Source: Bigelowiella natans CCMP2755 (Eukaryota; Protista; Cercozoa). From it: a stretch of DNA of 64,000 nucleotides. Position numbers and translations under genes: made by a program. Position 1 is the first letter of the stretch. The number at the start of each line of letters is the position of its first letter. This document shows, piece by piece, positions 29,600 through 39,382 of the stretch. The notes under the pieces are model-generated. The model had not been told where the DNA came from. It made no database searches and was given only the letters and a program-made list of their open reading frames with translations. Location of the stretch: assembly GCA_000320545.1 (NCBI GenBank), contig ADNK01001812.1:8864-72863 (forward strand), read 5' to 3'.

Positions 29600-30138
29600 T
29601 TTAAAAAACTTTGTCTTGCCAATGCACAAAAGGGTTTGTAAAACTGGACGCCTGTAAGTGATGGAGAGAAAGAGGGAATGCAATAACCAAAGATTACAAT
29701 TTTGATTTACTTTTGTTTATAAATGTGCAAGCTCCGCAGTTCCAGGTGGTCGATGCCTTCTTTTCAGTGGCATGGGGCTTCATTTTGTAGAGATGTAGAG
29801 TAGGTGTTCGGGACACATAAGATAATTTTATTTTACAATGAGTAATAACGAGAGGAGGTAGTGTTTGCATCGAAAATTTTACAAGGAAGGTCAGTGCAAT
29901 CTATACAAACCTTAGGTCCGGCACATAACTCGCACTTCAGGTTGTAGTGCTTGTTGATGAACGTACATCGTTTGCATGTCCTACATAGCAGAAATTCCGA
30001 ACGTGTTTAGTTAACACTGCAGGAGATGTTATATGTACTTATAACAACAGTTTGGACTTTGGATTGATGTTCAATACTCCAATATCGACACTGCCCCTCC
30101 CCCCCCAAACTCGCTGCTAGTGAAGCGCACCATCCCAT
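2491..30138 (-). CDS. Giant multi-exon DUF3638/DUF3645 P-loop NTPase protein with RanBP2 zinc fingers, putative cysteine protease, jacalin-like domain and EF-hands
   Basis: Seen: continuous minus-strand exon chain from ATG 30138 (MG-W|TCKRCTFIN) to the stop at 2491. Motifs: VTEDDVIH, QM|VMGSGKTS (Walker A), LIMDE|VDLLLHPLRSELNFP, AIPFVGKDVPSAGSEFAHPDVLIGLTILAYRY, FSGT, ALIDTGAL, RFTFYDQVHTTGIDIKQ...GAYRMRGIGKGQ, YCRDKEKQIPW. Inference: one gene of several thousand aa; not every exon boundary was resolved. Confidence 0.8.
2960..3470 (-). other. C-terminal EF-hand pair within the giant gene
   Basis: Seen: DAFRKFDTSGNGV|LSAGEVMEAL and NADTDNDGQLDYLE|F. Knowledge: these fit the DxDxDG EF-hand loop consensus. 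Confidence 0.8.
4420..4910 (-). other. Internal EF-hand pair within the giant gene
   Basis: Seen: AFK|MADQDDSNRISFREAEDIL and LVDIDRSGDICRNEFNTMI. Confidence 0.7.
6381..8090 (-). other. Jacalin-like (beta-prism) lectin domain spread over 5 exons of the giant gene
   Basis: Seen (phase-consistent splicing): IFGPIGGKGTK|AFDYKSTDPLTAIKIGFRQTYVDNIGVSFHKAR|AIHSWNGPSYGGAEK|VLWKVPEGQYVTLVEAC...YVNSVKLTTNK|GETSGWLGG...FYAPEGMCLCNVSGHTVSNGLASVSFHF. Knowledge: fits the jacalin pattern GPxGG...GEYIT.V...SL.F.TNKG..S...GG...F.AP.G. Confidence 0.7.
11352..11600 (-). other. DUF3645 domain exon
   Basis: Seen: WLRSFLPHVLSKINRVSYGLL...AIPFVGKDVPSAGSEFAHPDVLIGLTILAYRY. Knowledge: matches the DUF3645 AVPF..KD.PS..SEF.HPDV motif. 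Confidence 0.8.
12520..14010 (-). other. DUF3638 P-loop NTPase (helicase-like) domain
   Basis: Seen: DPRFLLFEY, Walker A MGSGKT (~13650-13670), CTTPESVKSLMLK, and Walker B-like IMDEVD followed by LLHPLRSELNFP. Confidence 0.8.
27200..28290 (-). other. Putative cysteine-protease domain with His-Asn-Gln-Cys order
   Basis: Seen: PTGWINAGGGHAIMCIFER (His 28231-28233), IICNTGEGLKYHP (Asn 27993-27995), WRTPQRAGTCYFKS (Gln 27313-27315, Cys 27298-27300). Inference: CE-clan-like catalytic arrangement. Confidence 0.55.
29200..30138 (-). other. Three RanBP2/NZF-type zinc fingers at the N-terminus of the giant gene
   Basis: Seen: WTCKRCTFINKHYNLKCELC, WNCGACTFINK|ILQTLLCI|VC (via microexons) and WVCSMCTFHNTNMRATTCSVC. 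All fit W-x-C-x2-C-T-F-x-N-x6/7-C-x2-C. Confidence 0.8.
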
Positions 30139-30600
30139 GATGTCGGATTTATTCGAGGATACTCCACTAACACTGGAACAAATTGGTTGTTCCTTTGCGA
30201 CAACAACTAGTTGTTGTCGCATGTAAAAAACATATAATATTACTGGTTTCAGCTGTGCAAACTGAACTGTAGATTTTTGTACCGCAGTTAAGCACCCCTT
30301 CGTACGTGTAGTTACCGGTGAAGTTTCGCATCCATGTCTGAGTCAAGTGTCATGTGCCTGTCGCATTCGTCTTTTCCACTAGTTCTGCAGTGCGGACATA
30401 ACAATCCCGGATGGCAACGCTAGAATTGGTTTGTTCGAAGTTCGAAACTTCTCACGTGTCTCAAGATGTCAGGAGTCAACGGACGGTCTGTCACGCATGC
30501 GACTGTGTGCAGAAAATCACCTTCTCGAACAATTTTCCCCTCATTTCATCACCGGCGAAAACCTAAATCCGGAAATCTTCCCCCCAAAAAAAAAAAAACA

Positions 30601-32065
30601 TGCGTTGAACGCGTTCCCATGTGGTTCTGGCGCGTGTGGATTTGATTCATGCTTTGTCATTGTTCCTTTGCTAGCTTTGGTCCATTTGAGTCCTCAGGAA
30701 GCTTTTTGGAAATTTTCATTTTTTTTTGCCCCCCAACCCTGGCAGTTGTGAAAAAACTCGAGTGACCCTCTCGAGTTGCACCCTGTTGGCGCGCGATGCG
30801 GTGATGGGCGGGGGGGTTTTGAGTCACGAGGGTGGCTTTTCCTCCTGTCCCTGAACCACATTCCAGTTCACCGGTGGGATGGACAGACGTGTCGCCCCAG
30901 CCACCGGTGACTTGGTTGCCAAACGACGGATGTTTGGATTTGTGTTGCAGGTTCTTCCCGGATGAAGACTTTGCTCGACCACGTGTCTGACTTGAACAGA
31001 TTCATCCTGAGCAGTTTTCACTTCCGAACAAACTTTGCGCACTTCCTGTTGTTCACAGTGTTTCGGTCACAAACTCAAAAATGACAACCGCCGATCGCAC
31101 AAAGTCCAAAGGAAAGGCGTGGACTGAAAACCACACTCTGTCGTCTGGTCCGAGCTTTGGGGAGAGCCCAGATCAAACCAAAACCAAGTTGAATCAAGTT
31201 CGAAATGTGACATGCACCTGAAGATTCTTGTTGGATGAAGCCTTCAATCAATCGATTGAATTGCTGACTCGAATGGATTCGTCCCAAACCAGTTTTCAAT
31301 CCCGAAAAATTTTCCGCATTTCCTTTCGGCCACAGGAAATGCGTGGACTGAAAACTCCACTCTGTCTGATCTGAGCTTTGGTGAGGGCTCAGATCAAACC
31401 AAAACCAAACTGAATCAAGTTCGCAATGGTTTTTTTTGCATCGCCAACGACTTCGAGGTTGTTGATCAGATTCAACCACATCCAATCCAAATCGTCTCCT
31501 TGCAGCTTTCCCCACGATGTCCAAAATGAAATGCGGAGGTGTGGACCGCACGTGACAATGAAGACTCAATCAGAATGATCAACTTGCTTCTCGAACAGGT
31601 TCCCAAGTGGATGCACCGGACGTGTTGCACATCTCCTCTTGCCCATGGCATCCCGGTGGAAAAACTGACCTTCACCCGTTTGCAAAGTCGGAAGGAAAAG
31701 CAACATCTGACATGAAAAAATCGATGCATTGCAACAATGTGCGCTTTGGGGAAAGCCACATGAAACAGCAACTTCAAGAATCAAGTTCGAGGCAGCTGTC
31801 TAGCTGTTCTTGCTGATTGACTCCACTCCAACGGACCAATTGACGGCTGCAAAATTTGCAGGCCTGGTTGTGGCAATTGCAACGTGTTTCCACGATCTAG
31901 TTGCAATTGAAGCCATCAATCAACAACAGGGTGCTGACAAGTCAATGGTCCTTGCAACGAGTGTTGTTGAGGCTCTGCTGCGTGCAAACGCCTGTCTCCC
32001 ATGTGGTTCTGGCGCATGCAGATTTGATCAACGCTCATTTTGTTCATTGTTCATTGTTCATTGTG
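30601..32065 (+). mobile_element. Degenerate ~1.45-kb insertion bounded by ~65-bp direct repeats; class unknown
   Basis: Seen: exact 18-mer CCCATGTGGTTCTGGCGC at 30616 and 31998, within longer degenerate repeats (30601-30665, 31979-32050), with a (TTCATTG)3 tail after the right copy. No transposase or RT motif recognised, so mobility is an inference. Confidence 0.45.
31110..31428 (+). repeat. Two ~95-bp exon-like repeats (31110-31206, 31334-31428) inside the element
   Basis: Seen: GKAWTENHTLSSGPSFGESPDQTKTKLNQVRN versus GNAWTENSTLSDLSFGEGSDQTKTKLNQVRN; the second copy is bounded by cacAG and GT. Confidence 0.8.
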
Positions 32066-32605
32066 CATTCATGTGGGCGTTGCGCTGAACGCTGCTGACG
32101 TGCACCCACACCTGTGCAAGACTTGCTAGCTTGCAATGGGCACGTCCAGACGTGTGCGGATCGAAACCGAGCCAGCGAGTGTGCACGCAGCACGTGAGGT
32201 GAAAAGGTTGAGATCAGGAACACACACACAAAAGAGACGGTGTTGCACGTGTTTGTGTGCACATCTTTGAAGTGTGTGCATTGTTTGTCCCCATGTCTAG
32301 CTGATGCTGCGCAAGCATGCTGCACGCAATTGACAGACATTGGATGCATCGAAAAGTGCAGCATGCCGATTGATCATGCTCTCAGCTCTGATTGGCTGTG
32401 TTTGAGCTGTGCCAACCATCACAGTCGAGACATTTTTCACTTGCAATGATTGTGTTGCGAGCTCTTTGAACTGTGACCATTGTCGTGACACTTCAGACTT
32501 GCACATGCTGTGAAACAATTGTGATGTGGCCACATGTGCAAATCATCGCAATCAGCACAAAACGAGAGCGATGCGCCGAAATGTTCATTGGTGCTTGACA
32601 CACTC

Positions 32606-34593
32606 TCAACTTTGCATCCATGCTGTGGTTTCCTCTTTGCGTTGCAGAAGTTCCTCCTCAATGGTGTCTCGCATGACAATTCGAATGACTTTGAGTTTCT
32701 TGTCCTGTCCTTGACGATGGGCCCTTCCAATGGCTTGGGCTTCGATGGCATCCGCTTCTTCCTTCGTTCCTAGTGACAACAACGAGAAATTTGAAAGAAA
32801 TCCTTGAACGTTTTGTCCACTATGCTCATGAGACTAAATGTCATGCTTGTTTCCCAATCAGTGCATGTTTGACTCATGCCAAGTGCCTTTTGTATGAGTA
32901 AATTTGATTCTAAAAAGTGTGGAAAATCGTTCATGCAGTGAATGGTCAGCTATTCTGATGTTTTGACTACTACCTGCAGGAGGGTCGAGAAGTATCACAT
33001 GCGAAGCTCTCTGTAAATTCGCACCAGACGCAGAGCTGTCGAGCGACAACATTATGACTTTGACATCCGGGTCTGTATTGAACTTTCTGATCGCACCAGT
33101 CCTCACATGCACATTGCCCCGAACTAGCACGTATTTGATGTCCTCATCATCCAATACCTGCTGCAGGCCCTGGAAGAGCCGTTGCCATTGCGAGAATATG
33201 ATAACACGAGCGCCTTCTCCCAAGAGCTTCTTCAGACGCGATACTACATACGTGATCTTGGACCCTCTTTGTTCCACAGCGTTTGCATTCATGTGCGGTG
33301 CGATGGAAGGAAGTTCGACGTACTTGACGTCATACTGCAGATGCGGCACATCGTCCAGGATGTCATCATAGTAATCCTCCAAGTTCTCCAATTCCGTCAA
33401 GACCGAACTTTCAGAAGGTAGCCCAAGGTCGAGAGGATCGGGAGGATTGGGAGGATTATAGACACGCTTTGTTCCATGTGCTCTATGATGACAGAGTGAC
33501 TTCTTAAGAATATGTGTGATCCTAGCGTTTCCGTGCGCTAGTGCCCAAGTGAGACCTCTATTGCACTTCTCCTTACGCTCTTCCTCTCGCAAATGGATTG
33601 CCTCTCTAAATGACAATTGGACATTCAGGTGCTTTTCCATTGCCGCTTTTGCTTTGATGAACCGGACAAAACGTGCATAGGTTGCCGTTCTCTCTGGTTC
33701 ATGGCGAAATCTAATACCATCCAATCGTATATTGCCCAGCCTTTCTAACGTAGACAGCACTTCCGGGTGGCGCATCAGGTTGAAAATAAGCTTTATGCGA
33801 GGGCAAAGGGTGTGTTCATAGTAAATATAACGCTTGAGCATAGTTTCGGAGCCGTTTAGATCGTATTCACCGGTGTTGTAAATTTGGCGTCCCTTGCGAA
33901 TGCCCATTATCTCTGCAATTGTGTTAGTTATGTTTGTAAGCTGACGTATAAGTCGACTCGCTTCGACCCTCAGATACAAACAAATATTTAAATCGATTTC
34001 TTCCCCCGGAAGTACGTAATTGACAACTGGATGTGCGCACAACTGCCGCATTTTATCGCGAGAATGAAGGGTCTGCATGGCCTCCAATTGGTACAGAGTG
34101 CGCTCAATCGGAAGCATGGGCAGCCTAACAATCTCCGTGTCGTAATCGGGCACTTCATACACCCCTTTCACGAACAAGGTGGTGTAGCGGCAATACATTC
34201 GAGAATAGAGCATGCGGTCCAGGAACGATCCGATGCGCGTCCAGAAGAGCATGCGCTCATATTCGGGAACTGCGTTCACATTCTTGGCATTGCTTTGCAA
34301 TCGCTGTCTGTATTTTATTTGAGATTTGCCACAGCGCTGCTTGTATTTTATTATAGATTGGTCGCAGATAACTTTTTGTGCCTCTTGCTCCAGGACCTCC
34401 GCGCCATCGATCTTCACGCGCAGGAATCGAAGGGCGCCACGAGGTGTCAGATCGTTGTCTATGCGGGAAAAATGCACAAAAGCAACCTATCATCAAGACG
34501 ATCGATTCCAATCAGTCGACCAAAGAGTTAAAGGTGTTGTGCTAAAGCTCGACCGTTAATTGACAAATAACATGACCAGAAATAAGTAGATGG

Positions 34594-34625
<32 letters not shown>

Positions 34626-34841
34626 AATAATTAATGGCGTCATAATTAATCAATTCACAATATGCAGTGTGTTAGAAAATGCTAAGAAAGAGTAGGAAAT
34701 ACTTTGGAATTCTACCTGGAAAGGGCGTTCCACTGACATACCATCGTGTTTCCGATTTTATTGCCATCATTACCTTAGTAAATAAATTTAAACTGAATCA
34801 GTTACATCGGCAACATACTCTCGGCAACTGACTTTATATTA

Positions 34842-34882
<41 letters not shown>

Positions 34883-35889
34883 CGTGTGTGTGTATATATA
34901 TATTCATTTTAAAATATACGAGGAAAAATTAATTGTTCTAGACAAATAAACAAAAATCAACCTCGTATTCCCCCCCCCCCCCCCCAACCCCCGATGATAT
35001 TCGGCATCCATCTTTGCTCCCAAATTAAAGTGAACTAGTTTGTAACTCACATCCATGATAGGCGTTTTCTGGCTCATAATCTCTTTAGCGAATATCTCGT
35101 GGCCTTCATCCAAGATGACTCTCTTCCAGAAGAACGCTTCAATTACAGGGTCCATTTGAATTCTGGCCAAATAATTGTATGCCCCATTCCTGTGCTCCCT
35201 CGTGGTGACAAGGTAGGTTAGAGATTTTTTTTTATAAGTCGGGTTCAAAAATAGTTGGATCGAGACCACAACCATGTCTGCCACTCGAATCGCGTTTACG
35301 TCTAATTTTGCAAGCTGCGGCATCGTCGTTACTACATGAACCTGTGTGCGCGTGCCAAATAACAAATAATTAGAAATTAATAAGCAAAAAAGGGTAAAAA
35401 CTGAAGGAATAACATTGCGAAAGACTATTGTCTGTTCTCATCGACCTTGAAGTTTTTCTTGAAGCCTGGATGAAGAAATTTGGCTACTTCTTGCTTCCAT
35501 TGCCGAGCGAGGTGAGATGGGCAAATAACGAGCGTAGCATTGGTAAGCGTACGACCCTCGCGCATAGGATATTTAGCGGGGGATTGCCTCTTGACTTTGA
35601 TAATTTTCCGTTTGTGAGCTATCGTCTCCCAGCGCGCCTTACCGCCTCTTTTGTTCTTTTTGTGTTTGAATACGATGCATTTCTGGTCGTTGAGCATGAG
35701 AATGTCGGCGGCCCTTCAACATGTATCTTCGAATTTTACGTAACTGTAATGTGTGGTGCATGCGAATTTTACGTAACTGTAATGTGTGGTGCATGGAACA
35801 GAAAGTCTCAAATCGTGTATTCAAAGGTCCGTACATATATATATCTACACGTTTGTGAACATATATATATCTACACGTTTGTGAAAACG

Positions 35890-35939
<50 letters not shown>

Positions 35940-38743
35940 CAGGTATATGAACATGCATCTATGCGTGTATATGTACATATTGATATGAATATGTACATAA
36001 TTACATATTTGTGAATGTAGAAGCAAGTCACTATAATCTACTCATACCACAGTCCGCGCTTGGAACTTTGACTTTCAGGAGTAAATCCCGGTTTATCGGC
36101 ATCGTCTATCGTCCACCATTTCTTCTTTCTGTTCAATCTTATCTGCCCCGTAAGCTCCTTTCCTCGGAGCACAAATTTTGTGTAGCGATAATCCTCGTCC
36201 TCGCTCTTCATATATATTCCGTCTACTATTGGATTGCCAGTTCCAGAAACTTCGTAACATTCTGGTTGTTTCTCATCGCCCTTCTCAAGGATTGAATAGT
36301 CTAAGAAAATGCGCAGGAGAACAACATTAGATAGGCAACATTCTCTTTATTCCACACTATCATATCTGTAAACATAAATCGCAAGTGCATGGGTGATATC
36401 ATACCTCGATCCACTAGAACAAGAACAATGCAGGAAAGAGTCTTACCGAGTCCCACTATTAGAGTTGCGAATAAATACCATGATTAGAACACATGGAATC
36501 CACAACACTGCCCAGTATCAAATCTACTACGATCTTTGCATTGATCATGAAAGAATAGTGACTTCAGCAATAAAACCTCGAAAGTATTACTTTCATTGGC
36601 AATCACTCCCCCTTGGAATGAGAAGTGGAGCGGTCTCTTATATTGATCTACTTCTTTGAGAAATAAGCATTGATTTATAGGATCGAAACCAACAGGAAGA
36701 GACTCCCCCTCCTCAGGCTGGAAGAATTTCAATGGAATGCGATATTTCACGCCAGAGCGTACCTTGTATATTGAACGGAAAACACACACACACAGAAGCA
36801 CGCGCACAATGAAATAAAACAAAAACTATACAATGCCAAACACAAGAGCAGTATTATACTAGAAGGTAGACTGAAAACAGGCTGAATCAGGCGAATCTAC
36901 AAGAAAGGGCGCTAGGCAACAAGAAAATCTGCTCATTGCACGACTCTAGTGTCCTCATACACCATTAGAGATAGCAGCATAGTTTCAAACGCACTTCTGC
37001 CTCGAGACTGCGAGCCCACATTACTGTTCGCTTCTGGTAATAATGCAGGGGATGAGATGGTTGGAGAGTCTTCGCAAAGATTTTTTCGAGGTCTACTGTA
37101 GTGTTGTGCTGCTGCCATCCTTCTGATTTTTCTCTCTGCAGCATTTTATCGATTGAGGAGTCTGGAATTTAAAATCCACATTGACTTACACACAGATTTT
37201 GTAACAGAGATATGACCATGCTGATGATGATATGAATCATCATTTAGGAAACGATACGTAAATAATACTGACTTCGATCTTACACATCGCAGCGCTCAGT
37301 GATTAGCAACCTTCCCACCGACAATGCAATCCCGCCCCTTCATTTACCTGATCTAACCAAACCCTCTTTCGGAAAGAGCTCCGAAGCATTTGAGCTGCTT
37401 TGTAGGTTCAGTGCAAATCGTGGCGAAACTGTCTTTTTGTACTTTCGAAGTCCGGACACAGTACCCGGAAAGCAGGGGGCGTGTTTGTGGATAGTGCCGA
37501 TCAAATACTTCAAGTCACTATCTAAATACGGTTTGTTGCCTATCCATTCAGCAGATAGGTTTCCCGCAAAACATATTAATAAATCCCGCAAAACATATAT
37601 AATAAATCGATTGAAAGAGGGATCATCAGGCCTCAAAAGCATTAGAGTCAAGCACAATCGGTAGTAGCACCCCCATTTACAAAATTTCTGTCTGCCCTCT
37701 CAGTTTTCCTACCCCCTTCTCCAACTAGCCTTGCATTTCCCTCCTTATACCTTTGTCCTTAACAATCAAAGCGAGCTTGTCCATATTCAGAAATAGCTTT
37801 ACTCGTTTCAAATGGCACCTGATTGTTTTGCATTTTGGAACTTATCCGCAGGACGGGCTCTATCATATATAAACGTAAAGATTTAAAAGGAAATAAATGA
37901 TGCGAGTTTTGACGACCAGTCTTCCATAGAGCCTAAATAACCAAGGACGATCGTCGAGAGGATATTTATCCATTCGTTTGACAATGACTCAAGAATATCT
38001 CGAAGCTATAAAGAAGAAGAGAAGAGAAAAGAAAAGAGTAAAACATAAAGAAAGATGTTTGGATTGATTTGAAGAAAAGGTAACTGAGAGTGAAAACGAT
38101 ATATCTTTGTATTAAATCTATGCACATCTCTAGTTATACTTCTTCCGATAGCAACACCGTTTTGATTTTACAGATTTCGCTAAAAGGCGGAGAGTTAATC
38201 TTCTCCTCCAGCTCTACCGTGGTCTCTCTCAAGAAATATTTCTTGTAGATTGACGAGACATATGTCTCATCAACCCTTCTCATAGGCAGAACCTTTGTGC
38301 AGATACAAGCCCACTCAGAAGACTCTTGATACTCCAGCCCTACGGAAGTTTGCCGCCAGGATTGTTGCCTTTGTGGTGCTCGTGGCACTTCCTCTTCCTC
38401 GCTGTTTATCTCCTTACATTCTCCCTCCTAATTAAAACAATTGCCGTAAGTGGGAACACTGAACGTTGGTAGGAACTTTAAAACAACATAGTGCACTCTA
38501 TTCAGTTCTTGCACGCCTTTTTGCACAACCTGTTACCTTTTTGTCAAATCTTTCAACTTCCGTATCATCTATTTGTGCGGCAATCCCCCTCTTCTTCCCA
38601 ACTATGGGTAATGACGGAAATTTTGAACCAGAGCACTGTCTCTGGGGCTCGCGAGTCCTGGGCTTCTTTGCCTTTTTCTCATCTTGACCATCACTTGCTT
38701 GCTTGGTCTGGCTCCGTGGTCGACGACGGGCGGTTGCAGGCAT
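32606..38743 (-). pseudogene. SNF2-family (RAD5/16-like, RING-less) ATPase, copy A, probably decaying
   Basis: Seen: MPATARRR start and helicase motifs GGVIANE|MGLGKT, ATLVICPSHL..QW, ILDEGHE, WYVSGTP, IIFSQW, SGANLQ, QAIGRAHRQGQ; TGA at 32606-32608. It has an in-frame TGA at 35716-35718 (GGA in copy B) and a 23-nt tandem duplication at 37564-37608 that appears to frameshift an exon. Confidence 0.6.
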
Positions 38744-39382
38744 CGTGCTACGATCGTTTGAGTAGTAGTCCTGGCTGTGACACAAATGTCGTTCGGTAAC
38801 TGAAATAAGAAGGAAACTAGAAGCTGCTCTAGTTGCACATTATTCCCCTTTTTTTACCGCCTACGACACACCAATTTTCGTTTTTCCAAAGTGTACTGCC
38901 CCCAGTATATCTACCAAAAATCTCATATATTCTGTCTAATATGGGCATTTACGGGATTTAATTGTGATTTATTTCGATGTCCGGCAAAATGTCCTTTTTT
39001 TGTAAGACTTATATAATGAGCATCGCAATTATTTTGTTCGAAATTCGAAATTCGAAACTCCTCATGTGTCTGGAGATGTTCATGCGACTCCTTTGGTTAG
39101 TGGAACAGGGAAGCCCTTCGCAAGGAAGGAAAGAATCTTTTTCGGAAGGAAGGAAAGAATCTTTTGTGCACTAAAAAAGCACAAAGACCCGCCGTTATGG
39201 GAAAGCTGGCAACCGCTTTTTGTGTCGCGGCTTTGAAATGGAGATTGCACGGACGAACGAAGCTGCATGACCCCTCCCACAACCCAATTTTCAGCGGAGA
39301 GGCACGAAGGATATTTTTGGAAAGAAGGACATCTGAGGCTACAAAGGAGCAAGTAAATAGCAAAAGTATTCTAAGTACTAGC
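38744..39382. promoter_or_regulatory. ~640-bp divergent (likely bidirectional) promoter region between the two SNF2 paralogs
   Basis: Seen: homologous ATGs face away from each other at 38743 (-) and 39383 (+). Contains (TTCGAAA)3 and a 2x AAGGAAGGAAAGAATCTTTT repeat. Promoter function is inferred from position only. Confidence 0.5.

Larger units (their letters stand above)
30424..32819. other. TpA-depleted hypermutated tract
   Basis: Seen: only 7 TA dinucleotides in ~2.4 kb (~30564 CTAA; ~30672, 31801, 31898, 32127, 32298, 32771 all CTAG) and none from 30674 to 31800. AA, AT, TT and CG are plentiful, and the flanks are TA-rich. Confidence 0.95.

Noticed and set aside
31110-31428. CRISPR-like repeat-spacer array
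   Set aside because: Only two ~95-bp diverged copies, eukaryotic context and no cas genes.
30431-32773. Dense overlapping ORFs on both strands
   Set aside because: An artifact of missing TAA/TAG stops; the peptides lack Tyr and are Cys/His-rich, as expected after TA loss.
30424-32819. Explaining the tract by fungal-type RIP or CpG methylation decay
   Set aside because: RIP raises TpA and CpG decay depletes CpG. Here TpA is absent, CpG is abundant, and the alignments point to TA->TG/CA/CG.
30424-32819. Foreign or contaminant contig explaining the odd composition
   Set aside because: The tract includes the genuine last exon of SNF2 copy A, collinear with copy B, and grades into normal sequence. 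A read-level check is still advisable.
35716-35718. TGA recoding (selenocysteine or alternative code)
   Set aside because: TGA is used as a normal stop at 32606 and 47129, and the aligned residue is Gly in a non-catalytic linker.
39037-39057. (TTCGAAA)3 as a heat-shock element
   Set aside because: Spacing does not fit nGAAnnTTCn; more likely a short tandem repeat.
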